57,415 nt of DNA from a virus (taxonomy: Duplodnaviria > Caudoviricetes), in the IMG/VR virus record IMGVR_UViG_3300022707_004402, positions 1-57,415 of that record; one strand, given 5' to 3'. The notes beneath the pieces were generated by a model. It had not been told where the DNA came from. It made no database searches and worked only from the letters and a program-made list of their open reading frames with translations. Position numbers and translations under genes: made by a program. This document shows positions 1 to 9,688 of this stretch, piece after piece (position 1 is the first letter of the stretch; every line of letters begins with the position of its first letter).

Positions 1-1859
1 ATTCTGGGGACCTCGCCCTTGAACATGCTGTAAAAAGCCGGCGCCTTATTCAAACTCTCTGGTATCAGCGGATGTGGGATAATATCACAATTGTCAGTGA
101 CCAGAATGTTAAAAGCCATTTTGAAAATGATCAGTCTGGTCATCGCATTGCCACTTCCGTGGGTGGATCCGCAACCGGTCAAGGTGGTGATTTCATTATA
201 TGTGATGATCCGCTTAGTGCCCAGCAAGGCCAATCAGACGCCTATCGAAAGGCCGCAAATGATTGGTGGACTACCACAATGCATACCCGGCTCAATGATA
301 TGAAGGTCGGGGTTAGGATTATTGTGATGCAGCGCCTTCACGAAGATGATCTGACTGGCCATGTCCTGGAACTGGATGGCACCAAATACAAACACATTTG
401 CCTACCCGGAATGGAATCCCAGGACATCAGCCCCCCGGAAGTCAAGAAAAAGTATGTGGAAGGCCTGTTTTTCCCGAAACGATTTGACATGGACTACATG
501 GATGACACCAAGAAAAAAATGGGATCCTATCAGTTTGCCGGTCAGATTCAGCAACGGCCCAGTCCGGATGAGGGTGGAGTTTTTAAACGCTGGTGGTGGC
601 GCTATTGGGTTCCCCGGGGGCAATTGGATCAATATCCCCCAATTAAATTGAAGAATACCGAAGGTAAGGAATTCCATGCAATTATTGAGGAGCTGCCCGA
701 ACGGCATGAGCGTCACATCAATAGCTGGGATATGTCATTTAAAGACCTGGAGGAAAATGATTATGTGGCAGGCGGACACTGGGCTAAAGCCAAGGAAAAA
801 TTATATCTGATCGAACAAGATCATGGCCAATACGATTTCGTGAAAACCTGTGAACGGGTGGAATTTTTATACAAGCGCAGCGGCCAGCCATCGGCGGTAT
901 ACATTGAAGAAAAAGCCAATGGACCAGCCGTGATATCCAGCATGAAACGGAAAATCCCCAGTATTATCGGGGTCAATCCCAAGGATTCCAAAACTGCCCG
1001 GGCCATGCCATATTCGGTCCAAGTAGAAAACGGGAATATTTATTTGCCTCATCCTGATTATAAACCTTGGGTGCACAAATTCATTGATGAACATGCGGTA
1101 TTCCCTTTGGGTCTCCATGATGACCAGGTGGATGAATCCAGCCAGGCCGTGGATAAGCTGGTGGGCGCCGAACGGGTATGGGAGGCTTATAATCCTGATA
1201 AGCTCCTGAACGACAAAAAGCCGGCCAAGAGATACTTTAATGTCAATTGGACAAATATCACTGATCGCAGCACCGCAACGTTCTCAGCGCTCTATATGGA
1301 CAAGAATTACTCAATCAGTGGGCTATTCACGGTTTGGGATATGTCCCTTCGAAAGCTTTTTGTGCACCATGAATTTGTGATGAAGAACCCCACGGCCGAA
1401 TCCATAACCCCGCTGGTCCGGAAATGGGGCCAGGTACATTATAGTTCCCGGGTATTTGGCTCAAAGGATATGTTTGGTGAAGGGAAAACCATTTCAAATT
1501 TGCTGAATAAATTCAAAATAAGACTCAGGGAAAACGTGAATTATGATGAAAATGGATCTATTTTAATGGCAAATAAAATGTTTAAACTTGGAATGATAAT
1601 TGTGCACACAGCTTGTCCGATATTTGATCGTCAAGTCTTGACATGGGAAATCGAGAAGGATAAGCCTCAAAAAAAAGGGGTGGGGTTATGCATGTGCTTG
1701 GCTAATATTGTCAGCGCTCTCCGGAATCAGGGGAAGCTTTCCCCGATTCAGGTGCCCCCGCCCTATACCAAATACCGGCAGAGAAGAAGACAGCAACTCA
1801 AAACCGCCAAAACTATGTTGCCAAATACCAAGTCTCACCAAGATTTTTTATTAGGATGA
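1..1859 (+). CDS. terL: Terminase large subunit, 5'-truncated by the window edge, with a long C-terminal extension
   Basis: Frame is open from base 3 (SGDLALEHAVKSRRLIQTLWYQRMWD). Motifs GGSATGQGGDFIICDDP (Walker B region), IVMQRLHEDDLTG, SWDMSFK, YIEEKANGPAVI and HDDQVD (nuclease). The Walker A part lies outside the window. Confidence 0.95.
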   Translation, partial: SGDLALEHAVKSRRLIQTLWYQRMWDNITIVSDQNVKSHFENDQSGHRIATSVGGSATGQGGDFIICDDPLSAQQGQSDAYRKAANDWWTTTMHTRLNDMKVGVRIIVMQRLHEDDLTGHVLELDGTKYKHICLPGMESQDISPPEVKKKYVEGLFFPKRFDMDYMDDTKKKMGSYQFAGQIQQRPSPDEGGVFKRWWWRYWVPRGQLDQYPPIKLKNTEGKEFHAIIEELPERHERHINSWDMSFKDLEENDYVAGGHWAKAKEKLYLIEQDHGQYDFVKTCERVEFLYKRSGQPSAVYIEEKANGPAVISSMKRKIPSIIGVNPKDSKTARAMPYSVQVENGNIYLPHPDYKPWVHKFIDEHAVFPLGLHDDQVDESSQAVDKLVGAERVWEAYNPDKLLNDKKPAKRYFNVNWTNITDRSTATFSALYMDKNYSISGLFTVWDMSLRKLFVHHEFVMKNPTAESITPLVRKWGQVHYSSRVFGSKDMFGEGKTISNLLNKFKIRLRENVNYDENGSILMANKMFKLGMIIVHTACPIFDRQVLTWEIEKDKPQKKGVGLCMCLANIVSALRNQGKLSPIQVPPPYTKYRQRRRQQLKTAKTMLPNTKSHQDFLLG

Positions 1860-2107
1860 GCATGTTTGCCAAGGTCAGTATTGCCAAATTTGAGGCAGAG
1901 AACATGATGCAGAAACCTAATTTTGTCCTGATTCATCCGATGGATGTCGCCCGGCTTTTAGAGGAAATTGAATTAAGAATCCCATTGTACCCAGCGGATT
2001 GTGGGGTTAATGAAATAGATGGAATGACAATAATCAAAGCGGAAATACCTGCGCTTTTGGGAAATCCCAAGGCCGTGGAAATCCGGGAACCGAAGGAGAA
2101 GGGATGA
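1856..2107 (+). CDS. Hypothetical protein
   Basis: 83-aa ORF, ATGA overlap with the terL stop. Confidence 0.6.
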   Translation: MSMFAKVSIAKFEAENMMQKPNFVLIHPMDVARLLEEIELRIPLYPADCGVNEIDGMTIIKAEIPALLGNPKAVEIREPKEKG

Positions 2108-2364
2108 CTGAAACTATACCTTTAAGCGTTAATGTTTGCGGTGAGACTCAATATCCTCCAAATTGGATGTTCGTGTGGGCTATGGCCATAAATAGTATTG
2201 AATGGGCCATGGACATTGTAGAAACCTCCGACTGGCAGAATCAAGTTAAAAAATGGTACAAAGAAAAAGCTTTATATGAGACTGAACAACAAATTGCCTA
2301 TTATGAAAAACAATTAAAAAAACTTTTGGAAGAAGCCAAAAATATTAGAACTGAATTACTCTAA
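2104..2364 (+). CDS. Hypothetical protein
   Basis: 86-aa ORF, AAGGAG RBS, ATGA overlap. Confidence 0.65.
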   Translation: MTETIPLSVNVCGETQYPPNWMFVWAMAINSIEWAMDIVETSDWQNQVKKWYKEKALYETEQQIAYYEKQLKKLLEEAKNIRTELL

Positions 2365-2377
2365 AAAAGGAGGGAAA

Positions 2378-2590
2378 ATGAAAAAAGAACACCAAGACAA
2401 GCTATCTGCTGAGATTCACTCACTGAAGTACGGGCAAAAGGAAACGCATGATTTTAAGTTTATACACAACCTATCCCCGGAAACCACCCTCATACTAAAC
2501 AACCAATGCCGAATGATGAGCGTTTTTGAAATGGTGCTTAAAGCCATTCTGGAAGAAGAGAGCGAGGAGGAAGCCAATGCCAAAGACTAA
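2378..2590 (+). CDS. Hypothetical protein
   Basis: 70-aa ORF with AGGAGG RBS. Confidence 0.7.
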   Translation: MKKEHQDKLSAEIHSLKYGQKETHDFKFIHNLSPETTLILNNQCRMMSVFEMVLKAILEEESEEEANAKD

Positions 2591-2765
2591 ATGGCCGGAA
2601 GTGAGAACTTCTATGAGATGGGTTTTTCCTGGGGATGGCACTGCCATTGTACCTAATCTTTATATTAAAAAATCGCACGAAACACTAATTCCAGCCAAAA
2701 TAATCAAATTCACCTACAAAAACGGTAAGCGGCGGATTGTGATTGAGATCGAGGGGGAGAAATGA
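2577..2765 (+). CDS. Hypothetical protein
   Basis: Start moved to ATG 2577 (MPKTKW), which follows GAGGAGG. Confidence 0.6.
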   Translation: MPKTKWPEVRTSMRWVFPGDGTAIVPNLYIKKSHETLIPAKIIKFTYKNGKRRIVIEIEGEK

Positions 2766-2983
2766 CTAACAATAAAGGAGCCGAGCCGCTAACGCCAAAG
2801 AGTATTTTACTTAAATTAAGCCAAAAGCCAGTGACCGCAGAGGAGTTAGCCGCACAAATGGTTAATATAATCCCATATAGTTTCAAGAAAGAAGAAATTA
2901 AAAGGGAAGTATCGAATTGGGTCGCACAAATGGGCATGCTAGATGCTCTGGGCTTCCAAATAACCAGAAAGGAAAACCCATGA
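2762..2983 (+). CDS. Hypothetical protein
   Basis: 73-aa ORF, ATGA overlaps at both ends. Confidence 0.6.
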   Translation: MTNNKGAEPLTPKSILLKLSQKPVTAEELAAQMVNIIPYSFKKEEIKREVSNWVAQMGMLDALGFQITRKENP

Positions 2984-3630
2984 GCAAACTTATTAACCCC
3001 AATACTGGCCGTGGATTCCAGGAAAAAGACAAGCAAGCAAAGATTGTGTTGCCAGATGGAAGCACCAAGATTTTACCCAAAAAGGAAGATCCTCCGCCTC
3101 CTCCGCCCAAGATGACCAAGCAAGAAATCGCCAAATTATTCAGAATTTATGCTGGGTACAATTGCCCTTACTGCAAATCAAAAGAATTAACCCAGCGTAA
3201 AATGGAGGGCAAGGGAACTACCATGGGCATTTGCATTAATGGGCATGCCGGGATGTGGTCTGAGTTTGAAACTGGTAGCCAATCCCAAAAAGATGCGCAG
3301 GAACTCTCTAAAAAGCTAATCGGAAAAGAAAAGAAAAAGGATGAGGCCCGGGTGCAAGTCCTTCAAAAAAGGTTGAAATTTGAATCTAAAAAGCTTATCG
3401 AAGCATTTTGTGCGGACAAATTACCGGCCGAAGACCTGGAGGTCATGAAATCAAAAACCGCTTCGGACTCAGATAGGCAATTTGTGTTGCACAAACATGG
3501 TTTAAGCTTTAGACTCGGCAAGGATCAGAAGAATCAATACCTGGTTGTGGTCACAATTAAGGAGAAGGATGCCAAGGGTGGAAAGGAGGATCAGAAAAAA
3601 ACTTACCATCTGCCTATTAAATTAGGTTGA
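2980..3630 (+). CDS. Hypothetical protein with a CPYC...CxxxH zinc-ribbon-like motif
   Basis: Start moved to ATG 2980 (AAAGGA RBS, ATGA overlap); poly-Pro stretch, then CPYC and CINGH. Confidence 0.7.
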   Translation: MSKLINPNTGRGFQEKDKQAKIVLPDGSTKILPKKEDPPPPPPKMTKQEIAKLFRIYAGYNCPYCKSKELTQRKMEGKGTTMGICINGHAGMWSEFETGSQSQKDAQELSKKLIGKEKKKDEARVQVLQKRLKFESKKLIEAFCADKLPAEDLEVMKSKTASDSDRQFVLHKHGLSFRLGKDQKNQYLVVVTIKEKDAKGGKEDQKKTYHLPIKLG

Positions 3631-3655
3631 AGTTTGCAAAAAAAGAATATATTAT
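3627..3655 (+). promoter_or_regulatory. Candidate sigma70-type promoter
   Basis: TTGAAG-17 nt-TATTAT upstream of the hairpin and the Zn-finger ORF. Confidence 0.4.
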
Positions 3656-3676
3656 AGTAAAGTAACCCCGATTTTA

Positions 3677-3737
3677 TGGCTCGTTTAAATAGCCGTGGGC
3701 AGATGCCCATGGTAAGCTTAAACGGGCCTTTTTTTTT
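3677..3737 (+). terminator. Long hairpin + U-tract (terminator/attenuator-like)
   Basis: GGCTCGTTTAA...TTAAACGGGCC outer stem, inner CCGTGGGCA/TGCCCATGG stem, then a T-run abutting ATG 3738. Confidence 0.65.
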
Positions 3738-3998
3738 ATGAAAACAATCCAATGTCCAGCCATCAGACCAAAAACAATAAAAGGGAAATTCAAACCTGAT
3801 GCTAAATGTGGACGGAAATTCTTCAGCATCGACGATAAAATCAATCAATATATCATTTTACAATGCCCCACCTGCCGGACCATTTGGCAAGTTGATGTCG
3901 TGGGCGGAAAAGCATTTTTACAAACACTTAAAAAGGGAACAATCGATTTTGGCGAGGAAATGCCCGTCAAAGTTGAAAGTTACCAGTTAAACATTTAA
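3738..3998 (+). CDS. Zinc-finger protein, Mu Com-like
   Basis: IQC...KCGRKFF...IILQCPTC pattern resembles Com-family zinc fingers. Confidence 0.55.
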   Translation: MKTIQCPAIRPKTIKGKFKPDAKCGRKFFSIDDKINQYIILQCPTCRTIWQVDVVGGKAFLQTLKKGTIDFGEEMPVKVESYQLNI

Positions 3999-4011
3999 CC
4001 AGGAGGTTAAG

Positions 4012-4275
4012 ATGAAAAACTATGGCGGAGGCGAATTATATGAGGGCGGACCTAAGAACCCATACGTTCCTGGGAAAGCCGGTGATCAGACCATTTCTGA
4101 TGCCACGAAAGCCCAACCTTATTTGACCGATGTTGAACCCGAAACCAAAAAGGGATATCAACGTCAGATGCCTGTAAGTGCAGGTGAAGGCGGTGTGTTG
4201 GCGGATATCAATGCCACCAAACCAGGCATGATGCATGGAAGTTCGCATGGATCAAGTGATAAGCCAATGATGTAA
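4012..4275 (+). CDS. Hypothetical protein
   Basis: 87-aa ORF, strong AGGAGGT RBS, followed by a terminator. Confidence 0.75.
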   Translation: MKNYGGGELYEGGPKNPYVPGKAGDQTISDATKAQPYLTDVEPETKKGYQRQMPVSAGEGGVLADINATKPGMMHGSSHGSSDKPMM

Positions 4276-4278
4276 TCG

Positions 4279-4309
4279 ATGGGGATGGTCACTCATCCCC
4301 ATTTTTTTT
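4279..4309 (+). terminator. Rho-independent terminator
   Basis: ATGGGGATG-GTCACT-CATCCCCAT followed by a T-run. Confidence 0.8.
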
Positions 4310-4344
4310 CAATTAAATTGTTTCTTTAAAAAAAGGAATTAAAA

Positions 4345-4731
4345 ATGCATATGGCAGGTCTCAGTAAAAAGGAGAAAAAACAAATTCTCCTTAGCAAGAC
4401 TCTCGGCCAGGCCGTCCCTCAAAAGGAAGGCAGCGACGCTATGATTCCTGTCGGAGATACAGGTGATGATACTCAGCTGAATTTCTACGGCCGGGATAAA
4501 ATGAAGGCCAGCGCTCTTCCGATTACTGACATGGAAAAAAAGGACGGGCGCGTTACTTTCGAGATTATCGTAGAGAGAAAAACCATTGATCAAAAAGAAG
4601 TGGTTACATTCGGTGTCCGGAAATACAATTATCAATCTGGAATGGATGAAACCATTGAAAAAGATTATTCTTCGGCTGAAGGGCTGATTGAATACTGTTT
4701 GGAACCAACCTTAAAGGGTATCAAACTTTAA
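4345..4731 (+). CDS. Hypothetical protein
   Basis: 128-aa ORF, TAATG-coupled to the portal gene. Confidence 0.75.
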   Translation: MHMAGLSKKEKKQILLSKTLGQAVPQKEGSDAMIPVGDTGDDTQLNFYGRDKMKASALPITDMEKKDGRVTFEIIVERKTIDQKEVVTFGVRKYNYQSGMDETIEKDYSSAEGLIEYCLEPTLKGIKL

Positions 4732-6914
4732 TGCCTCCAATTGCTCCCAGCGATATTGCTTTCGAAGGGGCGGGTGCGGTTACCCAACCGATCACCTATC
4801 CAGACCTACTTATCCGGCGTCAACAGGTAATTTCTGGGACGGATGAGGAAAAGGTTCGTTGGATTTACAGCCTCTATAACAAATATCACGATTTTTGGCG
4901 CACTGATCGTGAGCGAATGATTCGAAACATGCGGCTTTTTTGGGGCGCTGATTATGCTCAATGGCCGCAATATATCGTTGACCGTCTGAGGGCAGAAGGC
5001 CGGCAGGCCCCCACCTACAACATTGTTTCCGATAAAGTGGAATCAATGGCCTCCATGATTCTCAAAAATGATTTCGATATGAAGTTTGAGCCCATGACCG
5101 GGGAAATTGATTCCCTGACTCTTGAGGCTCAGGACATCATGTATTCGGATAAGGAGCTCATGGACTGGGATGCCAGTAAGGTGGATTTTTTGGTCAAGGG
5201 AATTACTCATGTCGGGTGTGAGCGCATGATCGTATCTGATCGGTATAATCCCATGGGAAATGTTGGGTATGTTTCTGAGGATCCTTTTATGCTACTCCGG
5301 GATCCAAGCTGGAAAAGCACGGATGGTCGGGATTTAAAATCTTTGTTTAAATTCGGGTATTATGATCCGGATGAAATCATTGATCATTATCCCAATAAAT
5401 CCGAGGAAATAAAACAGCATCAGGAAAAAATTCTGAAGGAAGGCCCTGAGTTTGGGCCCCAAGATATTTATTTAAATCCTTATGTGGATACCCGCTGGGG
5501 ATCTAAATGGCTTGTGATTGAATGGCATCATATTCGTGAAGAGGAGCGTTGGTGGGAATATGATCTCAGAAATGGCACTCCTTTCCCGGAGACTGATGTT
5601 CAAGGAAAACAGCGTTATGTTGAAAAAAATGGTCTTGGTGACGACGAGATCACATGGATTAAGCAAAAGCTGAATCGATATTATGTAACTTCAATTATCC
5701 CTGCCTTGGGATATCAATTTTTGTTAGAAGATCGGCTTCATGAAATCCAGGTTGATCGCCTGCCTTTCTTTTTCTGGGGAATTACCCGTTTTAATGGTCA
5801 ATATCGTGGTCTCGGTGATTTGCTTTATGATCCGCAGATCAACATCAATAAAAACGAAATGGATATGGCTGATATCAGATCCCGAGCAGCCCGTGGTTCG
5901 TTTTTCATAGATCCGGAAATTGTTGATGGTGATCCAGAAAAAATGCAGGAGATTGAACTCAATTGGAATAGTGCGGCTGCTCGTATATGGACTGAACACG
6001 GGAAATTGGCGGAAGGAAAAAAATATCTCCTGGAGATTCCTACGTCCCATATTCCCAGTGATTTAGTTCAAAACACAGACCGAATGCTTTTTATGGCTGA
6101 TCGGCTGTCAAAAGTCCAGGCGGCCCAGCAGGGACGTGCGGAGAGTGGTCAGGAATCCGGCCGTCTTTTTCAATCCAAGTATGAGGCTGGGATTATCAGC
6201 ATGGGAATAATCAACAAAACACTAATGCGCCATGAGAATGACAAGGCTGAAGCATATTTGACCCAAATCAAATCTACTTATGCCGGACCCGAAAGACAAT
6301 TTGCTCGGGCAGGTGGGGGCCAGCCAATTAATATAAATCAACGAATGATCTTGGAAACAGGAGAAGTTGGAATCCGGAATAACATCAGCCGGCTACCCCG
6401 TCACAAAATCATCATTACTCAATCCCCCAAAGGCATTGATGTACGCACAAACAAACGAATTGTTAATGCGGAGCTCATGAAGCAATCGATTGACAAGCCT
6501 TTGATTTCCCTTGTGTTTTTCGGGAATGTTTATGAAACCATTGAGGCGTCCGATGATGAAAAAGAAGAATTTAAAAAAGCCTTGGAGTTGGAAAAAAGTG
6601 TTGCCGCATTGCGTCTTGCAAATGAGGCTACTGTTTTACAGGTTACCATGGTCCAAGCTCAATTGCAATATCAAAAAATGACCGGACAGGAAATGGATAC
6701 GAGATTAATTGACAGTATTGCCAGCGGTGGGCCTAAAGGTACTGGAAAATTATCTCCAGGAGATGTTCCTCCAAATATCAGTGGAAAGGATGAACTGGGA
6801 CCAGGAGGCGGCCGACCTCTTTCGGCTGGGAACATTGATCAATTAATTGGAACACCACAACAAGGTAAACAAGAAATCCAAGCCATTGCATCAAGAGCAG
6901 GTGCTGTAACATGA
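4731..6914 (+). CDS. Portal protein (P22-like)
   Basis: 727 aa; motifs QWP...LRAEGRQAPTYN, GLGDLLYDPQININK and ESGRLFQSK are typical of P22-type portals; lies before scaffold and capsid genes. Confidence 0.85.
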   Translation: MPPIAPSDIAFEGAGAVTQPITYPDLLIRRQQVISGTDEEKVRWIYSLYNKYHDFWRTDRERMIRNMRLFWGADYAQWPQYIVDRLRAEGRQAPTYNIVSDKVESMASMILKNDFDMKFEPMTGEIDSLTLEAQDIMYSDKELMDWDASKVDFLVKGITHVGCERMIVSDRYNPMGNVGYVSEDPFMLLRDPSWKSTDGRDLKSLFKFGYYDPDEIIDHYPNKSEEIKQHQEKILKEGPEFGPQDIYLNPYVDTRWGSKWLVIEWHHIREEERWWEYDLRNGTPFPETDVQGKQRYVEKNGLGDDEITWIKQKLNRYYVTSIIPALGYQFLLEDRLHEIQVDRLPFFFWGITRFNGQYRGLGDLLYDPQININKNEMDMADIRSRAARGSFFIDPEIVDGDPEKMQEIELNWNSAAARIWTEHGKLAEGKKYLLEIPTSHIPSDLVQNTDRMLFMADRLSKVQAAQQGRAESGQESGRLFQSKYEAGIISMGIINKTLMRHENDKAEAYLTQIKSTYAGPERQFARAGGGQPININQRMILETGEVGIRNNISRLPRHKIIITQSPKGIDVRTNKRIVNAELMKQSIDKPLISLVFFGNVYETIEASDDEKEEFKKALELEKSVAALRLANEATVLQVTMVQAQLQYQKMTGQEMDTRLIDSIASGGPKGTGKLSPGDVPPNISGKDELGPGGGRPLSAGNIDQLIGTPQQGKQEIQAIASRAGAVT

Positions 6915-7002
6915 AAATTTTAATTCAAATAAATTCTATAAACCAGTTTGACCGGATAGGGGAAACCCTAATAACCCCCGGCAAGCAAAAAAAGGAGCTA
7001 CA

Positions 7003-8322
7003 ATGGGCGTAGAAAATGCTCAAGCTGTCACTGTCGAGACTATGGATGATGCGCTGAAGGGTAAAACCTCGGCCCAAATATCCGAAATGATTGATAGTGG
7101 AGAATTAAATGATGTGATTAACGATCCGGGTGCACGTAAAAAATTGGTGGATATGACCCATGCATTGGCGAATAATTCTACTAATAATGCGCCTGATGTT
7201 GATCCAGAAGCCGATCCGGCTGCCCCGAAGGCTACAGATCCTGACCCGAACGATCCTGGAGATCCCTCAAAAGGAGATCAGTACGGTGGATATGGAAGCC
7301 CGGAAGCATTGTTAAAAGCGACGCAGGAAGCCCAGAATATGGCCGCTTCTCAGAAGGAACATCTTGATTCCCTCAATAGTCGCATGGGCACAATAGGATC
7401 GGAAAAAAAAGCCCTGGAGGAAGAAAATGCCCGGCTGAAAACTCAGTTGGATACTAAGCCTCCTACAGGTGTAGAGATTGTCCCGGATACGAGGACTTCT
7501 CCTGTTAATCCAAATGATTTAATTCCACCACCACCACCCCCAGACGGGGATTATCTCGGTGTAGATTATTTGGCCTCTAAAGCCAAATATGATAAAGCGG
7601 TGGCAGATCAGCTTACGCATCTTTCTAACGAAAATGCAAAACTGAACAAAGCGAATCAGGATTTATCAGGAAAAATCAATCCGATTGAATCCGATATCAA
7701 AACCACCAAAGAGACTCAGGATAAAAAAGCGGCTTCCGAAAGCTTGATAGGATTGTATTCAGATTTGGATGCTTTTCAAAAAAGTCAGGCTAAGGCGGGT
7801 AATCCTTATTGGAAGACTTCAATTCCAATTAGTGATCTCGACGCTAAAATTGTGTCTCTTGGAAAGGAAGATGCTCAAAAATTGTTACCGCCCCATGACC
7901 TTGAGGTTCATACCAAGCTTTCTGCGGTATTGCAGAGTTATGGGACATTTGATGAAAAAGGCGTCTTTCAAAAAAATACGGCATTTAATTCGTTTGATGA
8001 AGTGATGTTACTTCAGTCTAATAGGGACGGATCTCTGGACCAAAAAACCAAAGACGCAGTGACCAAAGCGAGGGTGGATGCCTCTCGTGAGGTCGTGGAA
8101 AAAATAAACCAGAGAGGAGATACTGCGGACACGCTCCCGCCCGGTTCATCCGGATCCAGTGAAGCTGAAATGCAATTAACACAACAGCAAAAAACTGAAC
8201 AGCTTAAAACGTTACTTGCAATACCTTCCCATGAACTACGGCGATCTGCTCCGAAATTGGAACAGTATTATAAACTGTCCAAGGAACTCGGGGTTAATGT
8301 CCCACAAGTAAAGGCTCTCTAA
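7003..8322 (+). CDS. Putative capsid scaffolding protein
   Basis: Between portal and capsid; acidic Asp/Pro-rich N-terminal region, YGSPEALLKA motif, coiled coils. Confidence 0.7.
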   Translation: MGVENAQAVTVETMDDALKGKTSAQISEMIDSGELNDVINDPGARKKLVDMTHALANNSTNNAPDVDPEADPAAPKATDPDPNDPGDPSKGDQYGGYGSPEALLKATQEAQNMAASQKEHLDSLNSRMGTIGSEKKALEEENARLKTQLDTKPPTGVEIVPDTRTSPVNPNDLIPPPPPPDGDYLGVDYLASKAKYDKAVADQLTHLSNENAKLNKANQDLSGKINPIESDIKTTKETQDKKAASESLIGLYSDLDAFQKSQAKAGNPYWKTSIPISDLDAKIVSLGKEDAQKLLPPHDLEVHTKLSAVLQSYGTFDEKGVFQKNTAFNSFDEVMLLQSNRDGSLDQKTKDAVTKARVDASREVVEKINQRGDTADTLPPGSSGSSEAEMQLTQQQKTEQLKTLLAIPSHELRRSAPKLEQYYKLSKELGVNVPQVKAL

Positions 8323-8340
8323 AAAACAGGGATAATTCTC

Positions 8341-9600
8341 ATGGCAAATAAAGTAGCTCTGATTTCTAATGATACCCTGGATGTCGGTCTCCAGATTAAA
8401 ATCTATGAGACCCAAGTCCAGATGGAATCCATTCCGGGTGATCCATTCGATTACTTGGATGGCGTTTATACAACGGATTCAACAATGCAGGTCCCCGAAG
8501 CATTATATCTTCGGTTATCTGCTCAAGCCGACAAAGGTCGGACCACTGTTGTCCCGTTTGTCCGTGCCTTGGAAGGAAATATCGGGTCCAATCTTGCCAC
8601 TTATGGTAATGAACAGCAGGTTGGACAGGAAGAAAATATCGATACTCTGAATTTTACCATGAACTATAATGACGTGTCTCACGCCGTTGCAGGACAGGAG
8701 TATGGTATTCTCGCCCGGGATAAATTCCCGTACAAACTCTTTGAAAAGATCACTCCTTTATTGGGGACTTTTTTCAAGGAATTGATTGGGCTTTGGCGCC
8801 GGCAGGCATTACTGGAGATTTTCGACGAACATTTGGGCGTCGCTCCGGTCAGCCTTACCCCGTCGGTTGCGACCATTCCCCTTTTCAATCCCAACTTTTT
8901 CTTTGCCAGTGTAGCAATTGGCACCCAGCCATCCTATCAAACATTGGGTGCAGACTGGACGGAAGCAGTTGGTGACGGCACCGACGCCATGACTGCAGGG
9001 GCTGCAGGTCAGGCGAATCTCAAGGAATTGTTAATCTTGGAAGATTTCGCAGCCGCAACCAAGTACATCGATCCCATTGAGATCGCTGGAAAGCAGCGGT
9101 ATGTTCTCTTCCTGCCTTCCCGTCAAGCTCGACTCCTGAAGGACCCCAGCGTTTCCAACAGCGCATCGGCGGTCTGGCGGGATGTTGCGCATTTGACCAA
9201 GGAAGAATTCTTTTACCCGAACGTGATTGGTTCAATCGGTCGTTTGCTGGTCTGTGAAGATCCGCGTTGGCCTACACTCACGCGAGGTGGTGCAGATGGA
9301 TCCTGGACCATCACAGCCAAGTACAAGTTACCTGGCCGTGGAACTGGAAATGATCCCCGTGATTTCGCTACCACCGGATATTCGGTGGGATTTCTTTGTG
9401 GGAAAGCCGCGCTTTGCGAATGGCGTCCTGAAGATTTCCATTTCGAAATCGAAACAGAAAATTACGATAAGATTTATGGTAAAGGCATGTTTGCTGCCAT
9501 GGGTGTTCAAATGCCCATTTTCAACACGAGTGACGGTTCTCCCGATCACACGACGTTGAAGCAGGATTCGAGCATTGCTGTTGTTTTTAACAACGCCTAA
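8341..9600 (+). CDS. Major capsid protein (N4-gp56/DUF4043-like)
   Basis: 419 aa; GQEE...YNDVSHAV, IDPIEIAGKQRYVLFLP..QA..L and LCGKAAL match this capsid family; followed by a terminator. Confidence 0.85.
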   Translation: MANKVALISNDTLDVGLQIKIYETQVQMESIPGDPFDYLDGVYTTDSTMQVPEALYLRLSAQADKGRTTVVPFVRALEGNIGSNLATYGNEQQVGQEENIDTLNFTMNYNDVSHAVAGQEYGILARDKFPYKLFEKITPLLGTFFKELIGLWRRQALLEIFDEHLGVAPVSLTPSVATIPLFNPNFFFASVAIGTQPSYQTLGADWTEAVGDGTDAMTAGAAGQANLKELLILEDFAAATKYIDPIEIAGKQRYVLFLPSRQARLLKDPSVSNSASAVWRDVAHLTKEEFFYPNVIGSIGRLLVCEDPRWPTLTRGGADGSWTITAKYKLPGRGTGNDPRDFATTGYSVGFLCGKAALCEWRPEDFHFEIETENYDKIYGKGMFAAMGVQMPIFNTSDGSPDHTTLKQDSSIAVVFNNA

Positions 9601-9617
9601 AATCTCGTCTTAAAATA

Positions 9618-9645
9618 AAAGGTGGGGGCGAATGCCCCTGCCTTT
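9618..9645 (+). terminator. Terminator-like hairpin after the capsid gene
   Basis: AAAGGTGGGGC-GAAT-GCCCCTGCCTTT. Confidence 0.55.
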
Positions 9646-9688
9646 CCTTAACCAAATGAATGTTTAAATATTCGTAAAAGGAGAAAAA

